From Lingula anatina (lineage: Eukaryota > Animalia > Brachiopoda), in the NCBI GenBank assembly GCA_051362555.1, contig CM120642.1:12524001-12588000 (forward strand): 64,000 bases of DNA, in the 5' to 3' direction. The position numbers and the translations under genes were made by a program. The notes under the pieces are model-generated. The model worked only from the letters and a program-made list of their open reading frames with translations. It had not been told where the DNA came from and did not search any database. Each line of letters begins with the position of its first letter. Position 1 is the stretch's first letter. Shown here piece after piece: positions 13,401 through 35,802 of this stretch.

Positions 13401-16400
13401 GCGCTAACGGTAACGGTTCCAGTGACCGTGGAGCTCCAGCTGCCAGGTAAATCACGGGCTAATGTAGTGATGTCGTCGTCGATTCGGGGTTTTCCATTCA
13501 ATTTTTGTTTTTGTCTTTGCCAGTTTGAGGGGCCTTTGTTTTTTTTTTATATTCGTCATAATTATTGAGCACCAGCTCTTTTAAGAAGGTATTATTATGT
13601 TTACAGAAGGGCACATGACACGCGTTATTGGTGTCAGTGTTGTTAATATGAGAAAATATAGATTCTATTCTGGCTGTCTCAGTCTGATTGTGATCCGTTT
13701 CCCAAAGGATTTATGGTGCTCATTTGGTTTTTGTGTCACAGCGCCTTAAAAAGTTTTTGTCTCCACTTGAACTATAGTGTCACCAGCTGCTAAAGCACAT
13801 TCACAGTGCTACGACGTAGATTAACTTAGATATTTTCCATATTTCCAAGGTGAACTTTCTTTCATTTTAGCGCCATCACAGTCACTCTACCCACGCGTCC
13901 ATCAACAGCAGACGGAACTGAAACAGACGGGATGTAAGTTTAAATACAATACACTCCTAAGATTCTTCCTTCTGAATATGTGTAACTTTTGTAATCACCT
14001 CAAGCTTGACTCTTCAGTATAACAAGAACAGTCCATTTTCCGTTCTAAGTGTGTATGAAAAATAGTTATGATGAGTTATTAAACCAGATTCTCCTAGAAA
14101 GGTGAATTATTCTAAGTTCCCTTTTTAAAACAGGAAAAGAGCAGCAGCCAAGCAGCTAATAGAAAAGTACTATTACCAACTCACAGATGGCTGTGGCAAC
14201 CCACAGTGTACCAATCAACATTGTGCTTCAAGCACGGTCTTCAGTCAGAAAAACCTGTCGAAAAATGAAGCGGCAGTCCGAGCCTTGGATTTGTTCAAGC
14301 AGAAAGCGCGACTGTGTGATTCCACACCTGCGTCCAAAGTGCCAAAGGTTCCCATTCAAGAGACTGGGGAGGATAACCACATGTCAACTGTACAGAGCAG
14401 TGCCACAGAACGACCCTCTACTTCTGGAGGAACTTCAAGCTCAGGTAGGTATTTCTCCATGTTACTCACTGCTAACCAAAACAATCATGATATTACAAAA
14501 AGGTATATTTTTTTTCAATTTCCCCAACCAAAGTATGTTTTGTTTTAGCTAGATGAACTATTTTGTAACTACTTTTAGCATTACTTTTTGATGTCATGCA
14601 CAATAGTCAACTTGTTCTGAAGTCTAATGGGAATGTAAAAGATTAAGATTATTTTTATGATGTGAAGGTTTAATTTCCACATTAAAGCAGAGTTTTTTTT
14701 ATAATTAATTTTTAAGTTAATTCAGAGTTTTTAAGTGAAATCTGTTTGAAATGAGAAAAGATTCAAAATATAGATCAAAACTTCCTTTCATACACAGTGA
14801 CTTTTTGTGAGTTCACAATGTCTACTGTCATACTTTTTGTTTGCTTCAGCTTCAGCAACCAAGAGAACTAAAACCCCATTCTTAACTGAACAGAAAGTCC
14901 ACGCAATCATAGAACAGTGTCAGGAGAAAGGTGACTGGTCTCTGCTGATACGCACTGTGGGAGAAACCTTCAGAAATGCTGAGGCATTGAATCTAAGTTT
15001 CGTAAAGCAGCCCAAATCAAAGGAGCAGATGCGTTCCATGGAAGAGGATGCAGACAAAGATAAGGATGAGAATGAAAAGGAAAAGGAAAACCAAGACTCA
15101 AGTAGTGCCTCTGTCTCACCTTCTGATGAGACAGATGTGGATTGTAGCACAGATGATGAATTTAATAAAGTGACTCTTGATTTTAACTCAACAAGAAGAG
15201 CTTTTGAAGCAATGTTTTCTGTAGAAGGACTGCCATTCTTGTCTGCTCTGAATAATGCTATTATGTACCTAGCACGGGATGTGGAAATGCAAATACGCTA
15301 CCACCAGGCCAGTAGCAATCCAGACTATATTAATCTATTCCTGATCATAATGGAGATACCTGTGCAACAGAGTCCAGAGATTCTGGAGAATGCTTTCCCT
15401 ATGTTCTGTAAGGCAATGGGCTGTCTGCCAGCCTCGGCACAAGCAAGGATTGCAAAGGTTTGGTCCAAGTTTGATGTTGTTAGGCTGCAGAAGTTATTAG
15501 AGTCACTTCAGCAGTTAATAACTGTAAAAATAATCACTGGACAGTTTGGCCGGACCCACACGATAAGTGATGACGAGGGAATAGCAGGCGCGGCACGAGT
15601 GATGAAAATACTGTATTATGCCAGCATGATAGGTGGACGCTGTGACCAGCTGGAGTTGATCAAGGAGGAGAGGAAAGTCAACCAGGAGGAAGAGAACGCA
15701 ATGCATGAGTTTTTCCAAGGTGCTATGGCTCAAGAGCCCAAAGACCAGCACCAGCCAAAGCCAGACCCTCTGGCCACTGAGCTCCAGATCACCCCAATAG
15801 ACTGCAGGAAACCTTTGATTCCCTTTGAAAACTTTATTAACGATGTGGTGAACGAACACGTGGAGATGGACAAAGACTTCACCAATTATAAGAGTGACAC
15901 TGGGAGGTTCTCCTACATGATGCACTCCTTCCTGCTCAGCACTGCTACCAAAAACCTAGGCATGTATTTTGATAATCGTATCAGGATGATAAACGAGCGG
16001 AGGACTTCCATGTTACAAAGTATAGTGCATGGTGCTCCCACAATGCCATTCCTGAGGGTGCGGGTCAGGAGGGACCACGTCATAGATGATGCTTTGGTTG
16101 GGGTAAATATGTTATAATTATTATTTTTTAGACTATTATTATTATGAGATAAAGTAATTACACAACTAGACAAATAGAAACTGGTAATTGTTTATTTGTC
16201 ATTACCAAACAACCACATTTAATATACAGGTACCTCTCCTCCCCCATCAGACTTCTGAGCCCTTACAAAGCAATCTAATCACCAGCCTATGTCATTTAAT
16301 TTATATAAACTTGTGAAATGATCTAAGAAAAGTCCCTTCTGAGATAACAGTAATACAGTTACTCCCCCCCCCCCTGCATGCACAGGCACGCATGTGTGCG

Positions 16401-18227
16401 CACGCACACACAAACACACACACACTAAAAAAAGACATTAACTCTGAGTGCTAGAAAAATCCTGTTGTATTGTTATCAAGAATATCAGTTTATAAGAAAA
16501 TTCCAGTTTTTTATATAGATTACCTTTGTATTTCAGCTTGAGATTGCAGCTCGTGATAACCCCCAGGACTTGAAGAAGCAGTTGTATGTGGAGTTTGAAG
16601 GGGAGCAGGGCATTGATGAGGGAGGTGTGTCAAAGGAGTTCTTCCAGCTCATCATAGAGGAAATATTTAACCCAGACTTTGGTAAGGATGGAAAGGAGAA
16701 TAGTCCGACAACTTGTAAAGTAACAAAGCATATTTTTGTTTTCTTTTTATCATTTATCATAAGTAATGCAGCACTTAAATATTTTCTATTTTGCTAATAT
16801 TATATTTTGGTTAACTGTAAATTATAAAAGTCATACTTAATTGTGAACTAATTATGCTTGCTATTCATTGTTTTACCTACGTTCCAGGTATGTTCACCTA
16901 TGACGATGAGACCCGTCGAGTCTGGTTTAACCCCACGTCATTTGAGAATGATGCTCAGTTCTCCCTAATAGGCATAGTGCTAGGTCTGGCCATCTACAAT
17001 AATGTCATCCTGGATATCAACTTCCCCATGGTGGTGTACAGGAAACTGATGGGGAAGAAAGGAACTTTTGAGGACATGGTTGACTCCCATCCTGTAAGTT
17101 GTCTAGTAACACTTGACGCTCAAATTTGTTTGATTGAAGATAGTAGGCACAAGGAATGTCTTGGTTATATTTTATTCTTATATTTATGTTATAGTACAAC
17201 AGAAATGCAGAATTCTTCCGTTCGTTGTCGACATTGATTGCATTCATGTCATACTTTTTTTAGAGTTGTCTATCTGTAATTTCAATACATCTCATCAAGG
17301 TTTCAGTCTATATATCTTAATGTTTTTTTTTTCAGTATATGTGTAAAATTAAGTTTCCACCTTTAATTGTGGTTAAGGTTTGCCTCTGAATATTTGCCAC
17401 CTTTAACTCTTCAGACGCTGGCCAGCAGTCTCCAGCAGTTGTTGGACCATGATGGGGACGTAGAAGACGACTTCCTCCTGAACTTTGTCATTGGGTTTAA
17501 GGATGTGTTTGAGTCCACTCTGAGTCACCCTCTCAAGGAGAAGGGAGAGGACATCCCAGTCACAAATGAAAATAGGGAGGTGGGTGAAAGTCAAGTTGGA
17601 CTTGATTGCATTTTGTTCGTTGTTTAGACTTGGCTTGTTGTGCACAATTGCTTATAGAGCAGCGTGAGATAGAGGATTCAGAAAGAGAGATTAGAAAAAA
17701 AGGAATGTTTGGCTCACAATAAAATATGAAGAAGTAAAAGTTGCAATTTTTGATAAATAAGATGGGGGTGATCAAACTACAATTATATTACATAGGATAG
17801 TAACATTATTTATTTATTTTTGTCTGTTCAAGGAGTACGTAGAGCTGTACGCTGACTACTTACTGAATAAATCTATAGAGAAGCAGTTCCGAGCCTTCAA
17901 GAGGGGTTTCCTCATGGTGACAGATGAGAGTCCACTTAAGATGCTCTTCAGACCTGAAGAATTAGAGCTGCTGGTCTGCGGAAGCAAGGTAAGCTCTTAA
18001 GAAGTTGATTCAACGTCTTATTAATAAACAGCGTGTTGATTTAAGCACGAGGCAACTAGCCATTGCTATTGCTTTTCTGCTTTGGCAAGTGCCTTGGCTG
18101 TCCTGCTGACTTGGTAATTATTGCCTAATCTGTCTTGAAAAATTAAGTTTGGACAAACTTTATGTGTCCAACCAGATGAGTATTTTCATTCTTTTTCTAA
18201 ATTCAATCAAGTTCATTGCATTGCCTT

Positions 18228-18272
<45 letters not shown>

Positions 18273-19693
18273 GTTCATGCGTATGAGAATGAGAATCCAT
18301 GGGAAAAAAGGATCGTCAAAAAACCAACTTGCTCAGAATATTTTTATCAATGTTCATCAGATTAAAGAGCACCAATTAAAACGTATATAGATATGCCAAA
18401 TAATAGAGCTGTAATTTTTTTGCATTCATTATATAAAAAGATTAAAAGTTGGAAGTATTTAAGGCATTTGACATTCTACATTGTAAAGATATTTTTTAAC
18501 TCCAGGACTTTGACTTCCATCAACTGGAGGGTGCCACAGACTATGACGGGGGTTTCACCTCAGTGAGCAGGAGTGTCAGGTGAATACCTTTTGATCTTTA
18601 TTCAATCTTACAGTGGAGAAAATGACTTTCTCTGATTATTGTTATAGGTGCAAGTATGGGGGAAAATTTACAGTGCACACCTCGTAGTTCAAAATATTTA
18701 TATTGTATTTCTTTAATTTGTAAAATTGGAAACCACACATACCTACATGTGGGCGTGACAAATTCTTTTAATATCAACATTATTGTAAAGGTAAGATTTC
18801 CTAAACAATTATATGTACATACCAATAATAGTTTAAAGTTTTGGGCCTTTAGTATGTTAAATATCTAGGTGGTGGTTTGTTAGTGTGGAGACAGTTCTAA
18901 TTGGGTTACAGTAAGAACATCAAATGAGAAAGATTGGATTACAGTATTAATGATATCAAATGAGAAAGATCTTGATTTTGATCACTGAAAAAAGATGGCA
19001 AATTTATAATCAGATTTTCATAATTTCACATCAAATATAAAGCATGATTAAAAGAGCCTTTTATATCAACAGTGACATGATGTTATGTGGAAGAAAAGCC
19101 AAGGTTTGTCTGGAAGTGCAGATATTGACTATGTACTACTGTTTTTAGTTCATGTTAGTTAAAACTGTGCACTTATTAAATCGATTTCTTTTTCTAGGAA
19201 CTTTTGGGAAGTGGTGCATGAATTCTCAGAAGAGCAGAAGCGCCAGTTGCTCCAGTTTGCCACAGGCAGTGACCGTGTCCCAGTGGGGGGACTGTCCAAG
19301 CTGAAGCTAATCATAGCCAGGAATGGACCAGATTCTGATAGGTAAAGAGATGGACATAGTGGAATATACCCTTAAAATGTTTAATGACATTTTTCCTGAT
19401 GATAAGTAGCTGCCATGCTTACCTTCTGCCATGTGCTGACTTTAAACAAGAAAAAAAAAATCTTTTGAAGGCTACTGTATTTGAACCCTCCAATCTGTCA
19501 AACATAACTATTATATTTTTAACCATAAAATGGCCGAGTTATATTTATTATATCTTAGATATTCTTTTTAAGGTTACCTACTGCACACACATGTTTCAAT
19601 GTCCTACTCCTACCAGACTACAGCACCAAGGATAAATTGAAAGAAAGATTGCTCAAAGCCATCACCCATGCTAAAGGATTTGGAATGCTCTAA
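13397..19693 (+). CDS. UBE3A: Ubiquitin-protein ligase E3A (E6AP), HECT E3 with N-terminal AZUL domain
   Basis: Exons approx. 13397-13446, 13871-13933, 14134-14444, 14850-16102, 16537-16681, 16889-17093, 17416-17580, 17833-17988, 18506-18579, 19198-19341, 19573-19693. AZUL motif [31 protein letters not shown]; HECT motif [26 protein letters not shown]; catalytic [10 protein letters not shown]; C-terminus KGFGML*. Confidence 0.97.
18233..18270. repeat. (AG)n microsatellite
   Basis: Direct reading. Confidence 0.95.
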
Positions 19694-19716
19694 GCACACA
19701 CTGGGATAAGAAGCAG

Positions 19717-19985
19717 GGGTCCATTTCACAAAAGAGCTTATGTGAAAAATTAGGTCTGAATGTTATTAAGATCAAAACTTTCAGTTTGCTTTAACTGAAA
19801 ATAAATGGTCAGTAATCCACTTGAATTATTGAGTCTATTTTGCAAAAAGTAATGACAAATGCCACGAACCAGTAGTTACTTGCATGGACTGCATTAGATC
19901 TAATTGAGATTGAATTACTGAAAAAAAAAACCTTAGTGTCCAAGTTTAAGACCAATTTCGACTTATTCTAGTTTGAATCTGGCCC
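19717..19985. mobile_element. PIF/Harbinger-like MITE in the UBE3A 3'UTR
   Basis: Imperfect TIRs GGGTCCATTTCACAAA / TTTGAATCTGGCCC, flanked by CAG on both sides (19714-16 and 19986-88; CWG-type TSD). Confidence 0.6.
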
Positions 19986-20156
19986 CAGAATTAGTACATC
20001 CGCCATTGGCAGCAAGTGAACATGACTTTTGTGGTCTTGAAATATACTGTTGTGTTATTGCATGCTGGGGGATGATGCAATAAACTTAGCATGGGAGACG
20101 TTTGGTTTAAGTCTGTGGAGAGACCCATAACCTTTGGTTTGTGCAGAGATTGCATC

Positions 20157-20195
<39 letters not shown>

Positions 20196-20761
20196 TTACA
20201 TTTTCTCCCTCCCCCATTCAAGATTTCAGTGCAAGTACAGTGCTTTTGTAGGAATTCACATTGCTTAAAAATGTGTCCAAATATTGAAGTACAATTTTTT
20301 TTTTAATGTTGTAAATTTAGTGCTTTGTAATTTGGTGCAATACTGAAGTATAATGAACTGTACTTAATGACAAAAGCTGTACGATTTTCAGATCTCTTTC
20401 TTACCAAAAAGCTTTGTGCTTTGATATGCTTCAAAATAACCAGGAGATCCCAGATATAAAATCTGAGGCAAAGGCCTTGACAGAAAGACAATTAGCACCA
20501 TATTGCCAAGTTTTATATTGATATCCATATTGAAAACTAAAAGAAATTTAGCTTCATTAATGTTGTAAATGATAACAACTCCAAGAAAATGTACAAAATG
20601 TAATTTTGCTATCAGTTTGTATCAACATCCTCAAATTTTCATTGTTCATTTCATTATCCTGTCAGTTTCTCAAAGTACACCATATGAAATGTTTTAGAGA
20701 GTTGCCGTTACTTTGTGGTGATACTGTGCCAGCCCTGCTGAAGGAAGTGGGTGTTTGAAAC

Positions 20762-20795
20762 AATAAAAGATACAAATATGCAAAAGTTGTTTATT
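20762..20795. terminator. Convergent poly(A) signals: AATAAA (+, 20762-20767, UBE3A) and AATAAA (-, 20790-20795, SMARCA5)
   Basis: Hexamers read directly. T-rich versus A-rich strand skew switches around this point. Confidence 0.6.
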
Positions 20796-21340
20796 AGATT
20801 TGCTCACAAGGCGATGCTCACATCTGCAATTGCGTTTCACTTACAGAGTTACTCCCTAGTAGTCACTTTTTACATCCACAGTTGATAAGCATATTTATAA
20901 TTATTCGTTACAACAGACTTATAAATGCAAATAGAATTTTCACCAAACAGTCATTTCGTATCTTTTTATTACCAGATTGTGAGATTCTAACTGCAATATT
21001 AAGAATCCAATTTTAAATGTCTTTCTCTTTAAAAAATACTATAGTCTTGTGATCTTGCTTTACAATCCCTAACATTTCTCTAAAATACAAATATTTACAT
21101 CTCCTGCACTTCTGAGTAAAAATTACAAATCAACCTCAATTGTTCTAAAAGTCTCTAAGGTAGAAATAATTTCCTACTGGATTCAGATATTTATGTTCAG
21201 TTTCTTAGTGCTTGCAGGTACACATTATATACATATCTTCTATCCTTCACATCATCAGAATTCCTCTGAACAGTGCTAAAAAGTTCACCCAATAATCAAA
21301 AAATGGTGCAGCAATATTTTTTACTATTATAAAAATAGTT

Positions 21341-30581
<9,241 letters not shown>

Positions 30582-31280
30582 TTTGTCCTACTGTTGATTA
30601 AATACTCGCAAAAACGTTTATATCGGGATCGCGATTGGAAAATACGGCCTTCTTGGCGCGCTGCTTAATCTCCAATCCCTGGACATTATTCTGATCTTTT
30701 ATTAATACTATAAATATAAAGGAAAACATATTTTCCATAATATTCATTCTAATAAGTATTGTTTTGATAATTATCAATAGATTGATAGAGTAATAAGACT
30801 TTAATATGTATGTGTCTATGTTTTATAGAAGAGTGTGCTTTGAGATTATGGCTCAAGACGCACCACAACCAATACCTGCTATCGCTATCAAGCATCGGTC
30901 GTCATTGCATAATGAACGTAGGGCCTATAACTTACCGTAATAATTTCGAATAGATAAAACACTTCCTCATGGTTAAATTTACCCATGCCGTTCTATGTTG
31001 TTTGCGTTTTGCTATAATCTTTAAGATATTATTATTATGACAAACACAGATTCCAGAATAATTGCCATAATAATTGCTGTTTTGTTGGTAAAATGGAATT
31101 CATTTTATTTAGAAATTATTCATAGAACTATGAGTTGTTTACAATAAATTAAAAGATTTAGGTGTAGTTTGTGAATTCATAATTTTATAAAGCTTGAAAG
31201 ACGTGAAAGTTTACATTGCGGAGGGAATTGTTAATCTTTTGAAAATAACAATCAAAATGTGTTATTACCATCTTCGCACT

Positions 31281-31555
31281 GACGGATTTAGAGGGGGGTC
31301 AGGGGGGACGCCCCACCCCTACCCCCTTCGGTTTCTGAAAAATGTATTACACCAATATTTCCCTCTTGAAATTAGAATATGGACTGGCTGAATCATAATT
31401 CTAAACCGTACCAAGGGAACCGTTTGCCCTCCAAAACACCAAAAATTTTCGGGGCCCTTGAGAAGGCCCCGAACCACACGTCAAAGGGGCGATGGTCGGC
31501 TTCGCATCCGAGGCTTGTCATTCCGGACACCACTTCAAATAATCCTGGATCCGCC
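31281..31555. mobile_element. Degenerate MITE with GGCGGATCCAG-type termini (Harbinger-like)
   Basis: Left GACGGATTTAGAGGGGGG, right CCTGGATCCGCC. GC-rich insert in AT-rich intergenic DNA; TSD not clear. Confidence 0.55.
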
Positions 31556-31859
31556 TTTGCTTCGCCATTGGGACACGGGTCCCTATTACATGCCCTTAAA
31601 GTAAACACATAAAAATTAGAGTGAAATCTTTTTTAAAAATTAGTTAATTAATGGTAATCAAAACTCACATTATTCGTCCGCAATGATTTGGTGCCTACAT
31701 TTTAAGTTTATTTTTTTAACGACATAAAATAATTACTTAATTACTCTTATTTAAAACCCATTTGCTTACAAAGCCATTATTTAGAAAAAAATGTTATTTT
31801 TCAATTTTCACTGCAAATCGAGATACGATACAAAAAGTCTCGTCAACCTACACATGCAA

Positions 31860-31943
31860 AAATATAATATAATATAATATAATATAATATAATATAATAT
31901 AATATAATATAATATAATATAATATAATATAATATAATATAAT
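31860..31943. repeat. (AATAT)n pentanucleotide microsatellite
   Basis: Direct reading, ~16 units. Confidence 0.95.
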
Positions 31944-32229
31944 AGGTTGTGCAGAAAGACAAGATCGGGAAGGCTGGGCGAAAAATAAAAGATATCTTCG
32001 GGTGCGGCGTCACTTAAATTAATTGCTCCAACGATTTGTCTCGGCTTTAATTGGGTCAAGTTTATACACTCATTTATTGACTTTTTATGCAAGCAGTCTG
32101 TATCTCATGGCGAGAATGTTTTTCCTGTCCAGCTTTGTTAACGATATTCCGTGAAAGGAGCACCGTAGCGGGAGTGGGGGGCATTTCATATAGGCTATTC
32201 AATATATTTCAATGAACTGTAATGCTTCT

Positions 32230-32920
32230 AAAAGGCATGACGTCATAAAAGAAGTGTTCAAGGCGGTAAACTGAACAATCATAACAAATGCATATCCCTG
32301 ATCGATCCTTCCTTTTCTAAGGAATGCTTCCTCTTTGTCTTTCTATGAACAGTAATCTAGATAAATAGCCTCGGGTTTCAGCAGATGCACCTGTCATACC
32401 TCACATGACCAGCAGATGGCGGCACCAGCTAATGAGATGCACGCGGAAACGAGGTCAGTTGTATTCGAAGATGGCGGGTTGAAAGGTGCTTTGTCTTCCG
32501 AGAAAAAGAAATTTCAAATTTGTTATAATTTAAGTAAGTATATATTTAATTACCTTATTCATAGGTTTACAGGTAATATATAGATAATTTGTATATGTGA
32601 TCGGCAAGGTAAGACCATTGCGATCGTGCAAATTCGTATGTGTAACAGTTCACGTTTCTTTGTTTTTGTTCGCAGTTGTCAAACATGGCGATCGATATTT
32701 GTATGATTCATCCGGAATTTGCAATGTCCATGTTTTTAAAGAAATGACTCGGCCCCTTATCCGATGCATCATATCTCTTGGGCACTGCAGTAATAAACTG
32801 GAGAACCTTTGCACCAGGAAGATAGTTGCCCAAAAGGCTTTCCGTGAAATAGCTCGTTTTAACCCCTCGACAGCTGTCAAAATCAGCTGACTTTGCCTTT
32901 ACTATTCAAGAAGGTAATGG
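32230..32920 (+). promoter_or_regulatory. Probable promoter and non-coding first exon(s) of brat
   Basis: CpG-rich. CRE TGACGTCA (~32239), CTCF-like CCAGCAGATGGCG (32409), AAGATGGCG (32468). Donor candidates GTAAGT (~32534), GTAAGA (~32609), GTAATG (~32914). Acceptor TTCCAG at ~35776 before the ORF. Confidence 0.5.
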
Positions 32921-33308
32921 TTACTTTGTATTTTTCTTCTAGTTTATGGATTTTATTGATGTCACGCCTTAAGAAAGTTTACGTTCGCTTTGTATTTTAA
33001 TAGATGAGGGTTCTTATATATCAACAGGTCTTGGATAAATGTATTCAGTAAGACGTAAGACGCAGCGTGTTGATGTCAATTTCACAAGCCAGACTTATTA
33101 ATGACAGTTGAAAAAAAACTTTCCTATATATTCCTTAAGATGTAAGTATTTCCCAGTTCTTGTCACACCTATGTCATTATTTTGTTTAAAGTTGATTTTA
33201 TCAGTAAAATCAATTTGGAAATTCACTTATTGGCTTAAGAAGTTACTTAACTTGTCAAAGATGGGTGTGTCTGTTGTTGTGTGGTCCTATGAAAGATGTA
33301 AAATGTTT

Positions 33309-33883
33309 GGTACTTTTGTAGTGTACCCCCCCACCCTGTAACTTCCTGAAACTTTCATTTTTCAAACATTTTTTTACTTTGTCTTTTTCACCTATGTCAA
33401 AGCTGTTGAAATAAAATGTTTTTGTAATTACCTGTGGTCTTTTTATTAGTTTTAATCACGTTTAATCCACCCCATTGAAATACAATGTGAAAATTTACGA
33501 TGTACCTGCAGTCAACAACTTGCCGCATTTTCGTTGGCTAATTCTTCCTTATTTTATGTGAACATAGGATTGATACATTGTATACTTGGACTTCCTCTGT
33601 GAAATTATTATGAGCTACTTGTTCACATAAAATTACCCTAGAGTTAGCCAACGAAAACGCGGCAAGTTATTGACTGCGGGTGTAAATTGAAGATTCTAAC
33701 ATTGTATTTCAATGGGCTGGATTAAACCTGATTAAAACTAATAAAAAGTCCACAGGTAATTAAAAAAGCATTTTATTTCAACAGCTTTGACATAGATGAA
33801 CAAGAAAATGTAAAAAACTGTTTGAAAAGTGAAAGTTACAGAAAGTTACAGGGTGGGGGGGGGGGGTATACTACAAAAGTACC
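33309..33883. mobile_element. Foldback MITE, Merlin-like, in the brat 5' intron
   Basis: ~255-bp imperfect inverted arms (33309-33564 / 33620-33883), termini GGTAC...GTACC, exact 8-bp TSD AAATGTTT (33301-08 and 33884-91). Confidence 0.85.
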
Positions 33884-35802
33884 AAATGTTTGACTAAATT
33901 GGGCATGGATTATGTATTTTGCTGTTTTAAATTCAGATATCAGAAACTAGGCCATATTGAAAAATGTAATATGTATTAACTTAAAATTATGAATACAGTA
34001 ACATTTTTAGGAATAAAGAACAGACAGATTTTTGTGTGTTAAAATGTAAGTTCAATATGGAAGTGATTAATTCACCAGAGAAAGTGTCAACATATTTAAT
34101 GACAGTGAATTCTAAAAATTAAAAAAAAAAAAAAAAAAACAGTCAGTAACCTTTAAATGTACTTTATGTTTTTAAGTTTGATTTACTGATTTGAAGTAAG
34201 AGTGTTGATTGTGTTGTATGGAATATAGCAGTCTGATTTCTAAATTTTTTTTTTTAGAATGAAGTGACACCTATTTAATAATACCAAATTGTATTTAATA
34301 TAAGCTCTGGATATAGATAAAAATACTTCAATTATGAGTAAAACAAATAAGAATTTTAATGACATTTTAATCTGTACATTATTATTTCTAGGCAATTATT
34401 GCATAACTGTTTGAAATATGAGGTACTTGTTATGAAACAAACCTGGCATTTCGACAGAAGTGATAACTCGATTTGCTGCTAATAAGTTACATTGTGTGTT
34501 GTTTTCCTGCATACCGTCATGAAAAGGTGATTGATAAGAACATTTCTTCATTGCTTCAGCAGAAAATAATTTGTTGCTTCTTTCAATGGGTGTTAGGTGT
34601 ACATATTTCAAGTGTGAAGGTCCTATCCCTGAAGTAAAACAAAAATATAACAAACAATGCTTGTATCATCAGATCTTATTTTAGTACATGAATGTTTAGT
34701 TTAATGTTTAGTTTATTTATCAATATCACCTGTATTTTGTTTACATTTTTTTGTAGCCAGGTGACCTAAACAAGGCTTCCACATGATAGACTATCTGATG
34801 AACATGGCATTTAGTTGTCAGCAGGAACCTGTTTTAAATTTGGTTTTATCTGTTAATGTTCAGTTCAGTTGAGGACTGAGAGGTGTCAAGATCTCAAGTA
34901 CCTGTACTAGTAGATATAACAAGTGCTCAAAGTTGTCCCCCAAATGAAAATGACCTTTAAGTTAACATTAGTTAGGAGAAATCTCCATGGAAAGCACTTG
35001 ATTTATGTGCTACGTGGCTGAACTCCACAAGGTCATCATGAAGAAAGTGATAAATTATATGAAGGTTCAATATTTGTTGTCATTTATAAATGAGATAACT
35101 GATGTCAGGCAAGCAACATCAGGTAAAATATTTACTGTACTAGTAGGTTTTTGATAAAAGAATATTATGAAAGTCATTTATCATCTACAGTTGCTAGGCC
35201 AATAAAAAAGTATTTGGTTATTGCTGTTACAGTATTTACTTAGAAACGAGTGTAGAGTTTGAAGTAATATCGCATTAGTGTGCTGTTTATAATTTGTGTC
35301 TGACCAATCAAACCACCCTGATATCAATGGCACTTGCTGTGCCTCCACACACTGTTTGCAGAAGTTTGTGTTTGGGATCAACCTAAATCCTTTGATCTTG
35401 AACTTAAATGTAAATATTTATACATGATATTCTTATTTTGGTAGTGGAGTGTCATTATGGGGCCTTTCAAGCCAGGGATTGAGAGCACCATATTTTAGAA
35501 TGCTCATTAAATCTAATCATTCCATCATGCATCAGATTATACCTACACCACATAGATATATATTTTTCAAAGTTTGATATATTTTAGAGGATATTTGTCT
35601 GTAGCTATTCAAATTTACTGACTGCTGAATATTTTCACTTAACTTGCTTTAGCTGTGGGTAGGGTTTAAGTTTCAGTGTATTTTAATGTATCAAGTATCA
35701 ATTTATCCACATTAGCCCGTCAGTTATTTACATGTAATTTTTATTTATTTATTTATTTATTTATTTTTAATTCCAGGTGCAATTTTCCTGTGAGAGAGAT
35801 CA

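Noticed and set aside
14807-14849. ORF-track start of the 436-aa UBE3A ORF
   Set aside because: Intronic; the exon begins at the acceptor at ~14850.
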